Virus record (IMG/VR): IMGVR_UViG_3300035670_000068
Span: 46,317 to 110,316 of that record
Origin: a virus
Reading direction: 5' to 3' (one strand)
DNA: 64,000 bases
A model generated the notes under the pieces. That model did not search any database. It was not told where the DNA came from and saw only the letters and a list, made by a program, of their open reading frames with translations. Shown here in pieces: positions 9,039-18,317 of the stretch (its first letter is position 1; every line of letters begins with the position of its first letter). A program made the translations under genes and the position numbers.

Positions 9039-9451
9039 TGCGCCGCCAGGCTTACGGAGATCGACCAGGTGTCGCCCTGGAGCAGCAGCTGCTTGGTGTC
9101 CAGGTCTACACCGCCGCAGTCATGACCGAACGAAGCAACGACCGTGTGGTTGTCGCCGCTCTTCGAGAAACTGAGGTGAGTCAGCTCGATCACGGTGCCG
9201 GCGTCGAAGTCACCCAGGAAGGGCTGAACGCCTTTCTCTCGGCTCAGCTCTTCGACCAGGCTCAGCGCCTCGATATCGGAGAACTTGAAGGTCTGCTTGT
9301 TGCCTGCCTCGTTGGGCACGAACAGCTTCTGGAAGGCTTCCTTCTCAGCAGTCCGGCCCTTGAAGATGATCTTGCCGCTGATCTCAGCAGGCCGGCTCTG
9401 GGTCGCAACCCGGAGTTGTCGTTTCTGTCGCATATTGGCTCCTATGACCAT
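9035..9451 (-). CDS. Hypothetical protein
   Basis: 138-aa ORF. Confidence 0.65.
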   Translation of the reverse strand: MVIGANMRQKRQLRVATQSRPAEISGKIIFKGRTAEKEAFQKLFVPNEAGNKQTFKFSDIEALSLVEELSREKGVQPFLGDFDAGTVIELTHLSFSKSGDNHTVVASFGHDCGGVDLDTKQLLLQGDTWSISVSLAAQ

Positions 9452-9723
9452 GTTCCAAATTCTTGAGGTCTACTGACCTTCTTGACTTGCTTCGGCCTCG
9501 ATTCGAGGTCGCTGTTCTCAGCCAGGCTGTCGTATTCGTCCAGCGCCATCAGATCGACCTCCTTAGCCTTCTCCATCATCGTCTTGAAGGCCTCGATGGC
9601 TTTCTTCTCCTGCATGGCTTTCATGACAGCCTCATAGGCTTCCTTCTCCACTCCGAGCTTTTCGATGGAATCGATCAGCTCGGGCATACTGGAGAAAATG
9701 CTTTTGCCTTTCCCTCGCATCAC
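9442..9723 (-). CDS. Hypothetical protein with C-terminal FGTWS motif
   Basis: 93-aa ORF. Confidence 0.7.
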   Translation of the reverse strand: MMRGKGKSIFSSMPELIDSIEKLGVEKEAYEAVMKAMQEKKAIEAFKTMMEKAKEVDLMALDEYDSLAENSDLESRPKQVKKVSRPQEFGTWS

Positions 9724-10109
9724 GCAGCCTTCGGAAGCTGACCGCTCTCTTCCAGGAACTCGACGATCACCTGGATCGCTTTGTCCGTGAACGGAGTCGA
9801 GCGCTGATCGACTTCAACAGCCCAGGCACCGCAGCGAGAAAGGTTGCGTGCGTCATCGAGCGCTTCGGTCAGAGTGTTGAACTTCACCACGTCGAAGCGG
9901 ACACCCGGCTGCTGCTCGTCTCGGCTGACGCGATACCAGGTGTTCTTGAGCTTGCCGTCCACCGTGCGGATGTACAGGATGCCCTGGTCATCCGGGTTGA
10001 CGGTGCTGACAACGTGCGCGACGAAAGAGCCGTACAGCTTGTTCGTCGGGTCAAACTGGAGCGGTTTCGGGTCGCTCACACCATCGATCATCACTACCAT
10101 CTGTTTCAC
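9720..10109 (-). CDS. Hypothetical protein
   Basis: 129-aa ORF with GAGG RBS. Confidence 0.7.
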   Translation of the reverse strand: MKQMVVMIDGVSDPKPLQFDPTNKLYGSFVAHVVSTVNPDDQGILYIRTVDGKLKNTWYRVSRDEQQPGVRFDVVKFNTLTEALDDARNLSRCGAWAVEVDQRSTPFTDKAIQVIVEFLEESGQLPKAA

Positions 10110-10168
10110 CTCGTTGCTTTGTTTGTTCTGTTCACAGCATACAGCTAACTAAGCGGTTAGTCATTCTG

Positions 10169-10810
10169 TCAGCTAAAAGACCCGAACCCTGGAACGCTGC
10201 TGGGAACGCTCTCTGAGCGCGTTTCTGTCTGAGCGCTACGCTTGCGCGTAATCGACTGGAGAACGTCACTAGCGAGCGTTTTGCGCGCTTCCCGACGCTG
10301 TTCCTGATCGACTTCTGCAGACTCGCGAACGTATCTGTCGCCGTTGTCCAACCAGGACAGATTGATCGACCATTCAAACTGGCTTCGCCACTCCCAGCGA
10401 TTCATTTCGACCTCTGCATAGGCTTCTGCCATGTGCAGCGGCCAATTGTTGACCTTCGCCATGTGCTTGAGCGTGGGTTCCAGGAAGCCCATGCGCGCAG
10501 CGTTGCCGATATGCTTAACCCGGTGGCAGCTCGGGCAAAGGCTGATCAGCCCGGTCAGGGTCTGGACCTTTTTGTCGTCGTCGTAGTGCCAGATTTCATG
10601 GCACTCGACAGGGTGCTTCTTCCCTACCCCGCCGCAGATTTCACAGCGATGACCGGCGTAGACAAAACAGGCTTTCTTGAGCAGACCCCACTGACTCTCT
10701 GTGATCCTGGCCCGCACGTTGTCGAACCACTGACCGAACGGGACCAGCTCGATGGTCAGCCTGGGCGGATCGAAGGGTTCGAATGGGTTTTCAGCGATCA
10801 TATTTGTCAT
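10169..10810 (-). CDS. HNH-family endonuclease-like protein with C-terminal FGSFS motif
   Basis: CEICG...ECHEIW...LCPSCHRVKH. Confidence 0.8.
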   Translation of the reverse strand: MTNMIAENPFEPFDPPRLTIELVPFGQWFDNVRARITESQWGLLKKACFVYAGHRCEICGGVGKKHPVECHEIWHYDDDKKVQTLTGLISLCPSCHRVKHIGNAARMGFLEPTLKHMAKVNNWPLHMAEAYAEVEMNRWEWRSQFEWSINLSWLDNGDRYVRESAEVDQEQRREARKTLASDVLQSITRKRSAQTETRSESVPSSVPGFGSFS

Positions 10811-11060
10811 ACCAGCTCTTGTTGCAGAAGCCGCCGATGTGACCCTCTTCGTTCATTCGAGGGATGATTCCACCTGCAGGGTTGCCGACGTACTGACAGC
10901 CCGTCTTTGCGTCGGTGAACAGCATCAGACCACTGCGGCCGTTCTCCGGGTCAGTGTCGTCTTTGTCCTTGAAGTAGCCATGAAGGCTGGAAACTACGAT
11001 GGCGATGATCACCAGCCTGATCAGGTCTTTCTTCACCTGTTTGTAGACTTCCATAGCCAC
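10791..11060 (-). CDS. Small membrane protein (DDTD...RSGL..TDAKTGCQY)
   Basis: One TM helix followed by a conserved-looking TGCQY motif. Confidence 0.65.
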   Translation of the reverse strand: MAMEVYKQVKKDLIRLVIIAIVVSSLHGYFKDKDDTDPENGRSGLMLFTDAKTGCQYVGNPAGGIIPRMNEEGHIGGFCNKSWYDKYDR

Positions 11061-11063
11061 CTC

Positions 11064-11300
11064 TTACGACCAGGAGCCTACAACTTCGGATTCGGTCTTC
11101 ACGGCCTCTTCCTCTGCTGGCTTGTCTTCGATCAGAGCCAGCACATGCACCCGCCCGGCGATGTAATGCCAGTCGTGCTTGTAGCCGGTTCGCTTGGTTT
11201 CGGCAGCACAGTAGTCTTCTGCCTCCTGCTTGGACATGGCGAAGAGACCCATGCTCTTGCCCCGATCAAACACTTCCTGGTCACACTTTTCGGTACTCAT
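11064..11300 (-). CDS. Hypothetical protein with C-terminal VGSWS motif
   Basis: 78-aa ORF. Confidence 0.7.
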   Translation of the reverse strand: MSTEKCDQEVFDRGKSMGLFAMSKQEAEDYCAAETKRTGYKHDWHYIAGRVHVLALIEDKPAEEEAVKTESEVVGSWS

Positions 11301-11357
11301 TTCTGTTCTCCAAATGCCATGAAGCCTGCTTTCGCAGGCTTCGGGCTCTTCCGTTGA

Positions 11358-12125
11358 TTAGGCGGACAGCATCGGCAGCAGCAGACTGTCCGGGTTGGCG
11401 ACGAGCTTCCCACCGTCCTTGCGGGCGAGCTCCAGGACTTGCAGCACCTTCATCAGCTGGGTGCATTGCGAGTTGGCAGTGCCGACGCTGTACGGGCGAG
11501 CGATGTAGGCGTCACGCAGAGCCTTCGATGTGATCTCGCCTTGCTTGACGAGAATGTCCACCGCGATCTTGGTGTAGTTCGACAGCGAGGCGCCGTTGCT
11601 CAGGTGGGCGTAGAAGTTCACGACCTTCTCCTGAATCTTGATCGGCAGCGCATCGATCTCACCGAGCTTGGCGTCGATGACGGCTTTCAGATCGTCAGCC
11701 GGCAGCTCAGCGTTCTGCATCGTCAGAGCCAGGTAGTCGTTGAGCTTCGCGCCCAGCGCTTTCGACAGCGCTTCGGACTTCTTCACACCGGCGACGGTGA
11801 TGCGCTTGGTGGACGGAGCAGTGCGCTTGGGCTTGGTCGGCTCGATGCTGCCGGTAGCGATGCCTGCAGCGTCATCGACGGGCTCACCCACTTCGTCCAT
11901 TTCAGCCAGCGCTTCGTTGCGGGCTTCTTCGATGCTGGCCTGGATGCCAACTTCTTCCAGCTCGTCGTCGCTCAGCTCGGCAACGGGCTCTTCGATCACC
12001 AGTTCACCGGAGCCATCAGCTTCCAGTTCTTCGAACATGGCTTCCAGCTCGTCCAGTTGATCGAGCGGATCAACGGCAGCGGTGGTGGTAACAACTTCTT
12101 CTTGAACTTTCAGAGCAGCTTCCAT
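11358..12125 (-). CDS. Protein with acidic N-terminus and probable C-terminal winged-helix domain
   Basis: 255 aa; strong codon bias; YSVGTANSQ resembles YTNGTASSQ in the 41093..41668 product. Confidence 0.7.
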   Translation of the reverse strand: MEAALKVQEEVVTTTAAVDPLDQLDELEAMFEELEADGSGELVIEEPVAELSDDELEEVGIQASIEEARNEALAEMDEVGEPVDDAAGIATGSIEPTKPKRTAPSTKRITVAGVKKSEALSKALGAKLNDYLALTMQNAELPADDLKAVIDAKLGEIDALPIKIQEKVVNFYAHLSNGASLSNYTKIAVDILVKQGEITSKALRDAYIARPYSVGTANSQCTQLMKVLQVLELARKDGGKLVANPDSLLLPMLSA

Positions 12126-12250
12126 CTTGAGACACCTCGTATTGGTTTAAGCGTTCTGCGCTTCTTTTGTGTCGCGCTTCAACAGTTCAAATACTAAAGA
12201 TCATCCTGCGGCTGATATATAGCGCCGAAAGGAAGCCCGTAGGATTGCCG

Positions 12251-12853
12251 TTACAACACCGGAATCAACGGATCAGATATCACCAAGTTAGTGCCATCAG
12301 TCATGAAGTTAGCCGGATTCTGCAGGTCAAGAAGAACATCGTGGTCGCTCTTCTCGATGTAGTCGGATATCGCCAACAATGCCCAGGACACCGATGCCGA
12401 AAACATCCTTGAAGCCGTCAGGTCTTTCAGCGCTCTCGCATGGGAAAACTTGCCCAACTCCGGCTTCTCTCCAAGCTCGCGCGCTGCAAGCCTGAAATCA
12501 ACTGCGCTGGCTACGGCTTTACTCTCCAGAACCATAGTTTCATTTTCCCACTTATCCAGCGGGCGCAACTTGACCACTTCCAGCAGAGATATTTGACCGT
12601 AGTCCTGGCAGTTGAAACTTCCGTAGTCGTTCACCAACTTGGGAACACCTGGCACTCCAGACTTCAAACGAACAAAGTCTGGATATACCGGGTCGCAAGT
12701 TAGTTTGAGAACCGTATTGTCGGTGCATTCGTAGACGATTGAATAACAGCCGCGACCGACAATTTTCTTGCCGGTCAGAACTGGAAACTTCTCAATAATC
12801 AAATCCCGGTCTGGGTCGAATGACTCAGTGCCGGATTCACCGAATGCCATCAT
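12251..12853 (-). CDS. Protein-kinase-like protein (resembles T7 gp0.7)
   Basis: Gly-rich loop GRGCYSIVY, VLKL, catalytic loop DLQNPANFM, ISDP. Confidence 0.65.
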   Translation of the reverse strand: MMAFGESGTESFDPDRDLIIEKFPVLTGKKIVGRGCYSIVYECTDNTVLKLTCDPVYPDFVRLKSGVPGVPKLVNDYGSFNCQDYGQISLLEVVKLRPLDKWENETMVLESKAVASAVDFRLAARELGEKPELGKFSHARALKDLTASRMFSASVSWALLAISDYIEKSDHDVLLDLQNPANFMTDGTNLVISDPLIPVL

Positions 12854-13344
12854 TACGACCAGCCCCCGATATTGATGCCTTTCGCGCTCGCTGCTTCCAG
12901 GAGCTCTTCGTCAACATCGATGGCCAGCTCCTTCATCACCGGCGCCAGCTCGTTGCCCTCTTCAACCAGCACCATTTCCCCGTCCTCGTCTTCGTCGAGG
13001 TAGGAGCCTGTGTATTTCAGGAGAACGTCTTCATAGGCAGCCATCGCTGCAGACTTGGTGCGGAAGGTTTCGGTGGCGCCGTGATCGATCACCCAGCCCT
13101 TGTCTTCCAGGACACTCTCTTCCTCCCACTCGCTCTTGCGAACCTGGAGGCGGGTGCGAACGAAGATGCCGTGCGAATGCCGGTATTCGGCGGGGAGCTT
13201 CTTGTCGTAGCGACCGATCCACTCAACCGCGATCCAGATGCGGTCGTTGCGGAACTCTTTGATGATCCAGTCCTTGCAGTGGCTCTTTTCCTCCCACTGC
13301 TTCTTCGACAGGCCTTTGCCGTCAATGTCCTGGTAGATGAACAT
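12853..13344 (-). CDS. Hypothetical protein with C-terminal IGGWS motif
   Basis: 163-aa ORF downstream of the operator at 13363. Confidence 0.75.
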   Translation of the reverse strand: MFIYQDIDGKGLSKKQWEEKSHCKDWIIKEFRNDRIWIAVEWIGRYDKKLPAEYRHSHGIFVRTRLQVRKSEWEEESVLEDKGWVIDHGATETFRTKSAAMAAYEDVLLKYTGSYLDEDEDGEMVLVEEGNELAPVMKELAIDVDEELLEAASAKGINIGGWS

Positions 13345-13521
13345 GATGTTTTAGCTCCTGTAACTAACGGTTTAGTTAGCCATCCTCTCAAAAAAACGGG
13401 CCATATTTCATGCCCGCAAGAGAGATCAAAAATCAGCTAAAACACACGGAAGACGATATTTCCGCGTGTTTCAGTATGTCAATTTACCGCTAAATATTCA
13501 ACATCCTCCTGAATTGTGGTT

Positions 13522-14100
13522 CTAAATGCCAACAAATTGACAGGGCTTGTCGAACATGCCGAACTCGATGCCGTTCCAGTAGGCTTTTTCAAGCACCTCA
13601 ACGTCGTAATCGGCGGCGTGAGCAGCATCCGGGTCGTAATCAACGCCAGTTGCCCAGCAAAGCTCTCTCAGGTTCGGAACCTTACCGAACCCGGTAGATG
13701 GTCGGCCTTTCAGCATCGTATCGAACACCTTGATCGGCGGCACTCGATAGCCCAAACGAATCAACTCCAGGGCGATGAAGGGTGCGTCAAAACCTTCGCC
13801 ATTATGGGCGACAAAAATCTGACACATGGACATGATCTTGTGGACCTTCGGGGCAACATCCTCCCAAACCGGGCAGCCACGCAGGTCAGTGATCGAAATC
13901 CCATGCACTGCTTGAGCGCCTGGATCGATATCACGCATGGGGTTGATACGCTGATTCCAGGTCGAGCCGACCTTGCGCTTATCGCCCGTCGCCGGGTCGT
14001 ATTTCCAGACACCGAAAGCTACTTCGATGATGCGGTGGCCGGACTCCTGGCTCAAGCCAGTGGTCTCGATATCGCCAACGCAGATGTTGATGGTGCTCAT
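13522..14100 (-). CDS. DEDDh 3'-5' exonuclease (DnaQ/epsilon-like)
   Basis: DIETTG, AHNGEGFD, HAADYD motifs. Confidence 0.9.
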   Translation of the reverse strand: MSTINICVGDIETTGLSQESGHRIIEVAFGVWKYDPATGDKRKVGSTWNQRINPMRDIDPGAQAVHGISITDLRGCPVWEDVAPKVHKIMSMCQIFVAHNGEGFDAPFIALELIRLGYRVPPIKVFDTMLKGRPSTGFGKVPNLRELCWATGVDYDPDAAHAADYDVEVLEKAYWNGIEFGMFDKPCQFVGI

Positions 14101-14549
14101 ACCAGCTCCGTAAAGCCGCGCTTTGTCAGTCCTTCTGCCAGCTCGTTGAAGTGCTGGCAGGCCCATTTGTACTCGTCATCTGCCGAGTCGTTCTTGATTT
14201 CCTTCGTGGCCACGCGAACATCAGGCTGACGAACGATCGCAGTCATCAGCACTCGGCCAGACTCGCGATCCAGCTTGAGGATCACGATGCGCTCAGCGGT
14301 GTAGAAGGCACGAACATCGCCGGCATCGATGTGCGACAAGCTCATGCGGCGCTCAGACGCCCACCTGCTGTACTCGTCTGGAATCAGGCCAAGAAGAGCC
14401 ATATCCAGGGCGATCAAAGCATTGAAGAAGGCGTTGTCGCTCAAGCACCCGCGCTTGTACTGGTTATCGAGCCAGGAATAGGCCTCACCAGCTTTGCGAG
14501 TAAGCTCTTCGGACAAGCTGAAATCTTCTGCCTGCATGACCATGATCAC
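14097..14549 (-). CDS. Hypothetical protein
   Basis: ORF track 14097..14588; likely start near 14543-14549. Confidence 0.65.
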   Translation of the reverse strand: MIMVMQAEDFSLSEELTRKAGEAYSWLDNQYKRGCLSDNAFFNALIALDMALLGLIPDEYSRWASERRMSLSHIDAGDVRAFYTAERIVILKLDRESGRVLMTAIVRQPDVRVATKEIKNDSADDEYKWACQHFNELAEGLTKRGFTELV

Positions 14550-14698
14550 GCACTCGCCAGCCGACGCTTCTGACGAATCCGGCTGCACTTCGAATGGTTA
14601 GTGGTGGCGTTACGGTGCCTGCCGCAAACGTCGCAGTAGGAATTGCACGCCTTCACGATGCTGCGCATACGCAGCGGGACAACCTTGAACTCTTGCAT
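14546..14698 (-). CDS. 50-aa basic Cys/His protein missing from the ORF track
   Basis: Translated by hand: MQEFKVVPLRMRSIVKACNSYCDVCGRHRNATTNHSKCSRIRQKRRLASA; first gene after the operator at 14709. Confidence 0.6.
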   Translation of the reverse strand: MQEFKVVPLRMRSIVKACNSYCDVCGRHRNATTNHSKCSRIRQKRRLASA

Positions 14699-14759
14699 AT
14701 TGGAACTCACTCACTCGTTACTGATTTATTATGACAGCGCTACGACGGCAGGGGTTGGG

Positions 14760-15116
14760 TCACAGCCCTGCCCTCTCTTCTGCTGCCAGGAGAGCGTCAC
14801 GACGCTTCGAGAAGCCGATGCAGGCGACGTTCTTGCCGCACGGCTCGCCCGTTGGGTAAACAGCCACGCTATCCGGGTCATCGACAGCCTGAGCGTTCTT
14901 GATCATCCAGTCGGGCAGACAGGAAATGCTCGGGCTCTGCTGGTTCTCGTCATAGACCCAGCAAGTGACCTGGCGAACCTTGTCGTGGCGCACACTGACG
15001 TAAGGGAACGGCTCGTTGATCGACTTGTGGCGAGCTTCACGAAGGCGCTCAGCGTCAGTTTGAGGCTTGCAGCCGGCGATAATCAGAGCAGCGGCGATCA
15101 GGATCAGGCGCTTCAT
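14760..15116 (-). CDS. Putative lipoprotein
   Basis: Lipobox IAGC; VTCWVY...ISCLPD. Confidence 0.7.
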   Translation of the reverse strand: MKRLILIAAALIIAGCKPQTDAERLREARHKSINEPFPYVSVRHDKVRQVTCWVYDENQQSPSISCLPDWMIKNAQAVDDPDSVAVYPTGEPCGKNVACIGFSKRRDALLAAEERAGL

Positions 15117-15508
15117 GAGAACATTCCTATGCCGAGCTTCTCGGCGTTCTGAGCGATTTCCAGTCGAACAGCTTCGACCAGGCGCTCCAGGGTTTGACGA
15201 TCCAGAGCCAGGTCTTTGCCGACTCGCTTCATGACCGCGATGAACTGGCCCTGCATAGCGTCACTGGACGCCAGCAGCGCTTCGCGAACCATGCTCTCGA
15301 TCATGGCCTCGTCGGAGATCACCTTTTCGAGAGCTCGACTCACCGCAGCCTTGATCACCAGCTCGTTGCCGGTGATCACCTGGTCGACCATTCGATTGAC
15401 CTGAACCTTGATCTGAGAACCGCTGCCGAGCATGGCGTCGCGGATTGCCTGGTGAGCAGCAGCCTCAACTGTGCTCTGCAGGCCGGTGATGGTCAGAGAA
15501 TCAGTCAT
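15113..15508 (-). CDS. Helical hypothetical protein with C-terminal IGMFS motif
   Basis: 131-aa ORF. Confidence 0.7.
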   Translation of the reverse strand: MTDSLTITGLQSTVEAAAHQAIRDAMLGSGSQIKVQVNRMVDQVITGNELVIKAAVSRALEKVISDEAMIESMVREALLASSDAMQGQFIAVMKRVGKDLALDRQTLERLVEAVRLEIAQNAEKLGIGMFS

Positions 15509-15770
15509 CAGCCCTGATCTCCAACTTGCCCCCGTTCTTCTCCATGCTCGACTTCGCGGCGAGGATCATGCAAACGTCCTCTTCGGTCTGGCTGTAGCCT
15601 GCAGCGCACTTCGCAGCCATCGGATCGATGCCAGCTTCGATTGCGCGGTTGATGGTGTTCAGCTCAGCTTCGGTTTCCTGGGACTTACAGGAAGCGATCT
15701 GACCCACAGCGATAGAGAGGGAGATAACGGCCGCGACACCGAATATCGTCCAGCCTTTCGTTTCGTCCAT
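15501..15770 (-). CDS. Small membrane protein
   Basis: N-terminal TM helix, GIDPMAAKCA. Confidence 0.65.
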   Translation of the reverse strand: MDETKGWTIFGVAAVISLSIAVGQIASCKSQETEAELNTINRAIEAGIDPMAAKCAAGYSQTEEDVCMILAAKSSMEKNGGKLEIRADD

Positions 15771-15771
15771 T

Positions 15772-15990
15772 TCAGATGCCTTTACGGGTGTTGATGATTG
15801 CGCGGGCTTCGGTGCGATAGAAGCCGGCCGGGAGTTCGCGGATCAGGTCTTCCAGCTCGTCGTCAGGCTTGTCTGCCAGGTTCGCGACGATGGGCTCCAG
15901 GAGATCATCCTGAGCCGCATTGAGTTGGCTGATCAGCAGCTCGATCTTGCGAGCTTGATCGAGGCGCAGTTTGCGTTCTTGCAGTTCCAT
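15772..15990 (-). CDS. Hypothetical protein
   Basis: 72-aa ORF. Confidence 0.6.
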   Translation of the reverse strand: MELQERKLRLDQARKIELLISQLNAAQDDLLEPIVANLADKPDDELEDLIRELPAGFYRTEARAIINTRKGI

Positions 15991-16292
15991 CAGATCACCG
16001 CCGTCATTGTCTTGGAGCCATCGCCGCTCTCGGTGGTGATCATCATCGGAGCTGCGCGACCGCCACGACGCAGGAAGGTGACGCAGCCGGCGAACATCTT
16101 GTTGTGATTGCCATCGCCATCCGGCACCAGGGAGGTGCAGAGCAGGTTGGAGCAGTCCTCGCCGTTCGGGCCTTCGCCATCGTGAGCAATGTCGAAGCTG
16201 GCCATCATGGCGATGCCGTTCTCCTGGCAGATTTCGATGATCTGACGCATCAGCGGGCTGATTTGGGCGTCGTAGATTTGTTCCTTGTTCAT
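15990..16292 (-). CDS. Conserved phage hypothetical protein (KEQIYDAQISPLMRQIIEIC)
   Basis: N-terminal motif recurrent in phages. Confidence 0.7.
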   Translation of the reverse strand: MNKEQIYDAQISPLMRQIIEICQENGIAMMASFDIAHDGEGPNGEDCSNLLCTSLVPDGDGNHNKMFAGCVTFLRRGGRAAPMMITTESGDGSKTMTAVI

Positions 16293-16993
16293 GCTACTTT
16301 GACCTCGATGGGCGCCAGGTCAGCGAGGAAGCTGCGGACCTGTTCGGCGTTGACGTTGGACGGGAGAGTGGCTGGTTGATGCTTGCCGACGACTTCCAGG
16401 ATCAAACCCTTGATCTCCGGCAGCTTCTCGATCAGCGACTCGACGTTGTGCGTGGACTTCACGACTTCATGAACGCCACGCAGCGCATCGAAGCTGGCCG
16501 GAGCTTTCGAGAATTTTTCGAAGACCTGGGAGCGGAAGTGAGCTGCGATCTTGGCCAGGTTCTCGCTGCCCTGCAGGCGAACAGCAACGTCTGCCATCAG
16601 ATCGGCCGGGTACTTGATATCGTCGGTCTCGAAATTGACCAACACGGTATGGAGAGTGCAGTCGCTCCAGAAAACACCCAGGTGCTCACCCAGGAAGCGC
16701 CAGTCGCCACTGCCGAAGCTCTGGTGCATATCGCGGAACGAGTCGTTGCCGCCGATGAAGGCGTCATCGAGGTTCAGGTGAGTGAGTGCTTTGACCAGAC
16801 CGGCTTTGTGCAGAGTCTGCCAGCTGTTGTGAAGCTCGCCGTGACCGTACAGCTCCTGGTAGAAGGCTTGGGTTTGATTGCGTACCGCCTGACGCAGAGC
16901 ATCGCGGTCAATCGCTTTGAGGATCGCGCTCTTGAAGATCGCCTGCATGATCGACTTCTTCATGGCGGCGCTGAGCTTGGTCTTTGCAGACAT
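16289..16993 (-). CDS. Hypothetical protein (possibly Nmad5-like)
   Basis: 234 aa; C-terminal TxNVESLIEKLPE...LP pattern. Confidence 0.6.
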   Translation of the reverse strand: MSAKTKLSAAMKKSIMQAIFKSAILKAIDRDALRQAVRNQTQAFYQELYGHGELHNSWQTLHKAGLVKALTHLNLDDAFIGGNDSFRDMHQSFGSGDWRFLGEHLGVFWSDCTLHTVLVNFETDDIKYPADLMADVAVRLQGSENLAKIAAHFRSQVFEKFSKAPASFDALRGVHEVVKSTHNVESLIEKLPEIKGLILEVVGKHQPATLPSNVNAEQVRSFLADLAPIEVKVA

Positions 16994-17072
16994 TGGCTTA
17001 CTCCTGATTGTGGTTTATGTGTAACTAACTGCTGACTGAGATTATCAGTCAGCAGTTACGGGACAGCAAGCG

Positions 17073-17639
17073 TTAAAGAGTCAACGCCCTGATCTCTTCC
17101 ACCCGCTGAGCCAGGTCAGAAGAGCGGATCGTGGAGAACTCGATGCCGTTGGCCGAGAGGATGCCGCGCAGGATAGTGTCCAGCTTATAGCTGTAACCCC
17201 AGGACAGATTCGCACGCATCTTGTCGGTGCTTCCTTCGACGAAGCACTGATTCGGCAGAACAACCAGCTTGTCGAAGAACTTGACGTAGTTGCCCAGACA
17301 GTTGCCCAGGTAGTAGGAAAGCATGGCCTCCTGCTTCTCGGTCAGCTTGTCGTAGGTGTCAACGTCAGCCAGCGTGTAACCCATCAGATCGATTGGGGTT
17401 CTATCAGTGATAGCGTTCTCGCCGGCGTAGCTCTGCCACTCGACACGCAGCTCGTTGAGGATCGCGTACTGGACCTCCAGGCGCTCGTCGAATGTCATGC
17501 GAACAGCCGGGTCTTTACCCAGGCGCTTGTAAACGTCGGAAGTCGAGGTCTTGCAGAAGTGGTAGCCGAGCTTGTCGGCTACCTCCTGAGCGAGAGTCGT
17601 CTTCCCGGTGCCGTGAACACCGATCAGACCGATCATCAT
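17073..17639 (-). CDS. P-loop nucleotide-kinase-like ATPase (AAA_28/dNMP kinase)
   Basis: GVHGTGKTT Walker A; ITDRTPID. Confidence 0.8.
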   Translation of the reverse strand: MMIGLIGVHGTGKTTLAQEVADKLGYHFCKTSTSDVYKRLGKDPAVRMTFDERLEVQYAILNELRVEWQSYAGENAITDRTPIDLMGYTLADVDTYDKLTEKQEAMLSYYLGNCLGNYVKFFDKLVVLPNQCFVEGSTDKMRANLSWGYSYKLDTILRGILSANGIEFSTIRSSDLAQRVEEIRALTL

Positions 17640-18301
17640 GCCGAGACTTCCTCTACCAGCTTGGTGTTCTCGACGACAGCTTCCAGGACGATCTTCGTCC
17701 AGGGCTCCAGCTCCAGACCGGATTCGAGCAGTTCGGTGGCGGTCATCGGCGCCAGCACTTCCAGCTCTTCTTCGTTGGCCTTCACGGTCATGCCCTTCGG
17801 CAGCAGAGCGGTCAGGATCACACCGACGTGGACCCGACCCACTTCGTTGGAGTTGTCGATCAGCAGGCCGTTGTCGAACATGCTGATTTCTTCGGAAGAG
17901 GCACCTTCGAAGATCAGCTCTTCACCCAGCTCGCGGGTGGCGGCGTTGCCGATGGTCTGGAACAGATCGACCACGCTGTCCTGGTGGACGATATCAGCCA
18001 GGTCGATGTGGCCACCGAAACCTACGCTGACCTTGCCAGCGAGACGACTTTCACCGACGCCCTGGTTGCGACGATACGGGATGAAGACGGTCTTCTCTTC
18101 GTCAGCCACAGCCAGGCAGACGTAGGGGATGATCTGACGGTAGGCTTCGTCCTGCTCCAGCTGGGCGCGCTCACGGATGATCAGGTCGCTGTTGGCGTTC
18201 TGCACGAACGAAGCCATGCTGACCTGGCTCAGACCTTCCGGCAGTGTGTTCAGCGAGCCAGCGGCCATTGCGAGGATGAATTGCGGGTGTTTCTTCTGCA
18301 T
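17636..18301 (-). CDS. NUDIX-fold phosphoesterase
   Basis: QIIPY...ESRLAGKVSVGFGGHI...ATRELGEEL...VGRVHVG...LEPWT. Confidence 0.8.
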   Translation of the reverse strand: MQKKHPQFILAMAAGSLNTLPEGLSQVSMASFVQNANSDLIIRERAQLEQDEAYRQIIPYVCLAVADEEKTVFIPYRRNQGVGESRLAGKVSVGFGGHIDLADIVHQDSVVDLFQTIGNAATRELGEELIFEGASSEEISMFDNGLLIDNSNEVGRVHVGVILTALLPKGMTVKANEEELEVLAPMTATELLESGLELEPWTKIVLEAVVENTKLVEEVSA

Positions 18302-18317
18302 TGGTAGATGCCTTGTG

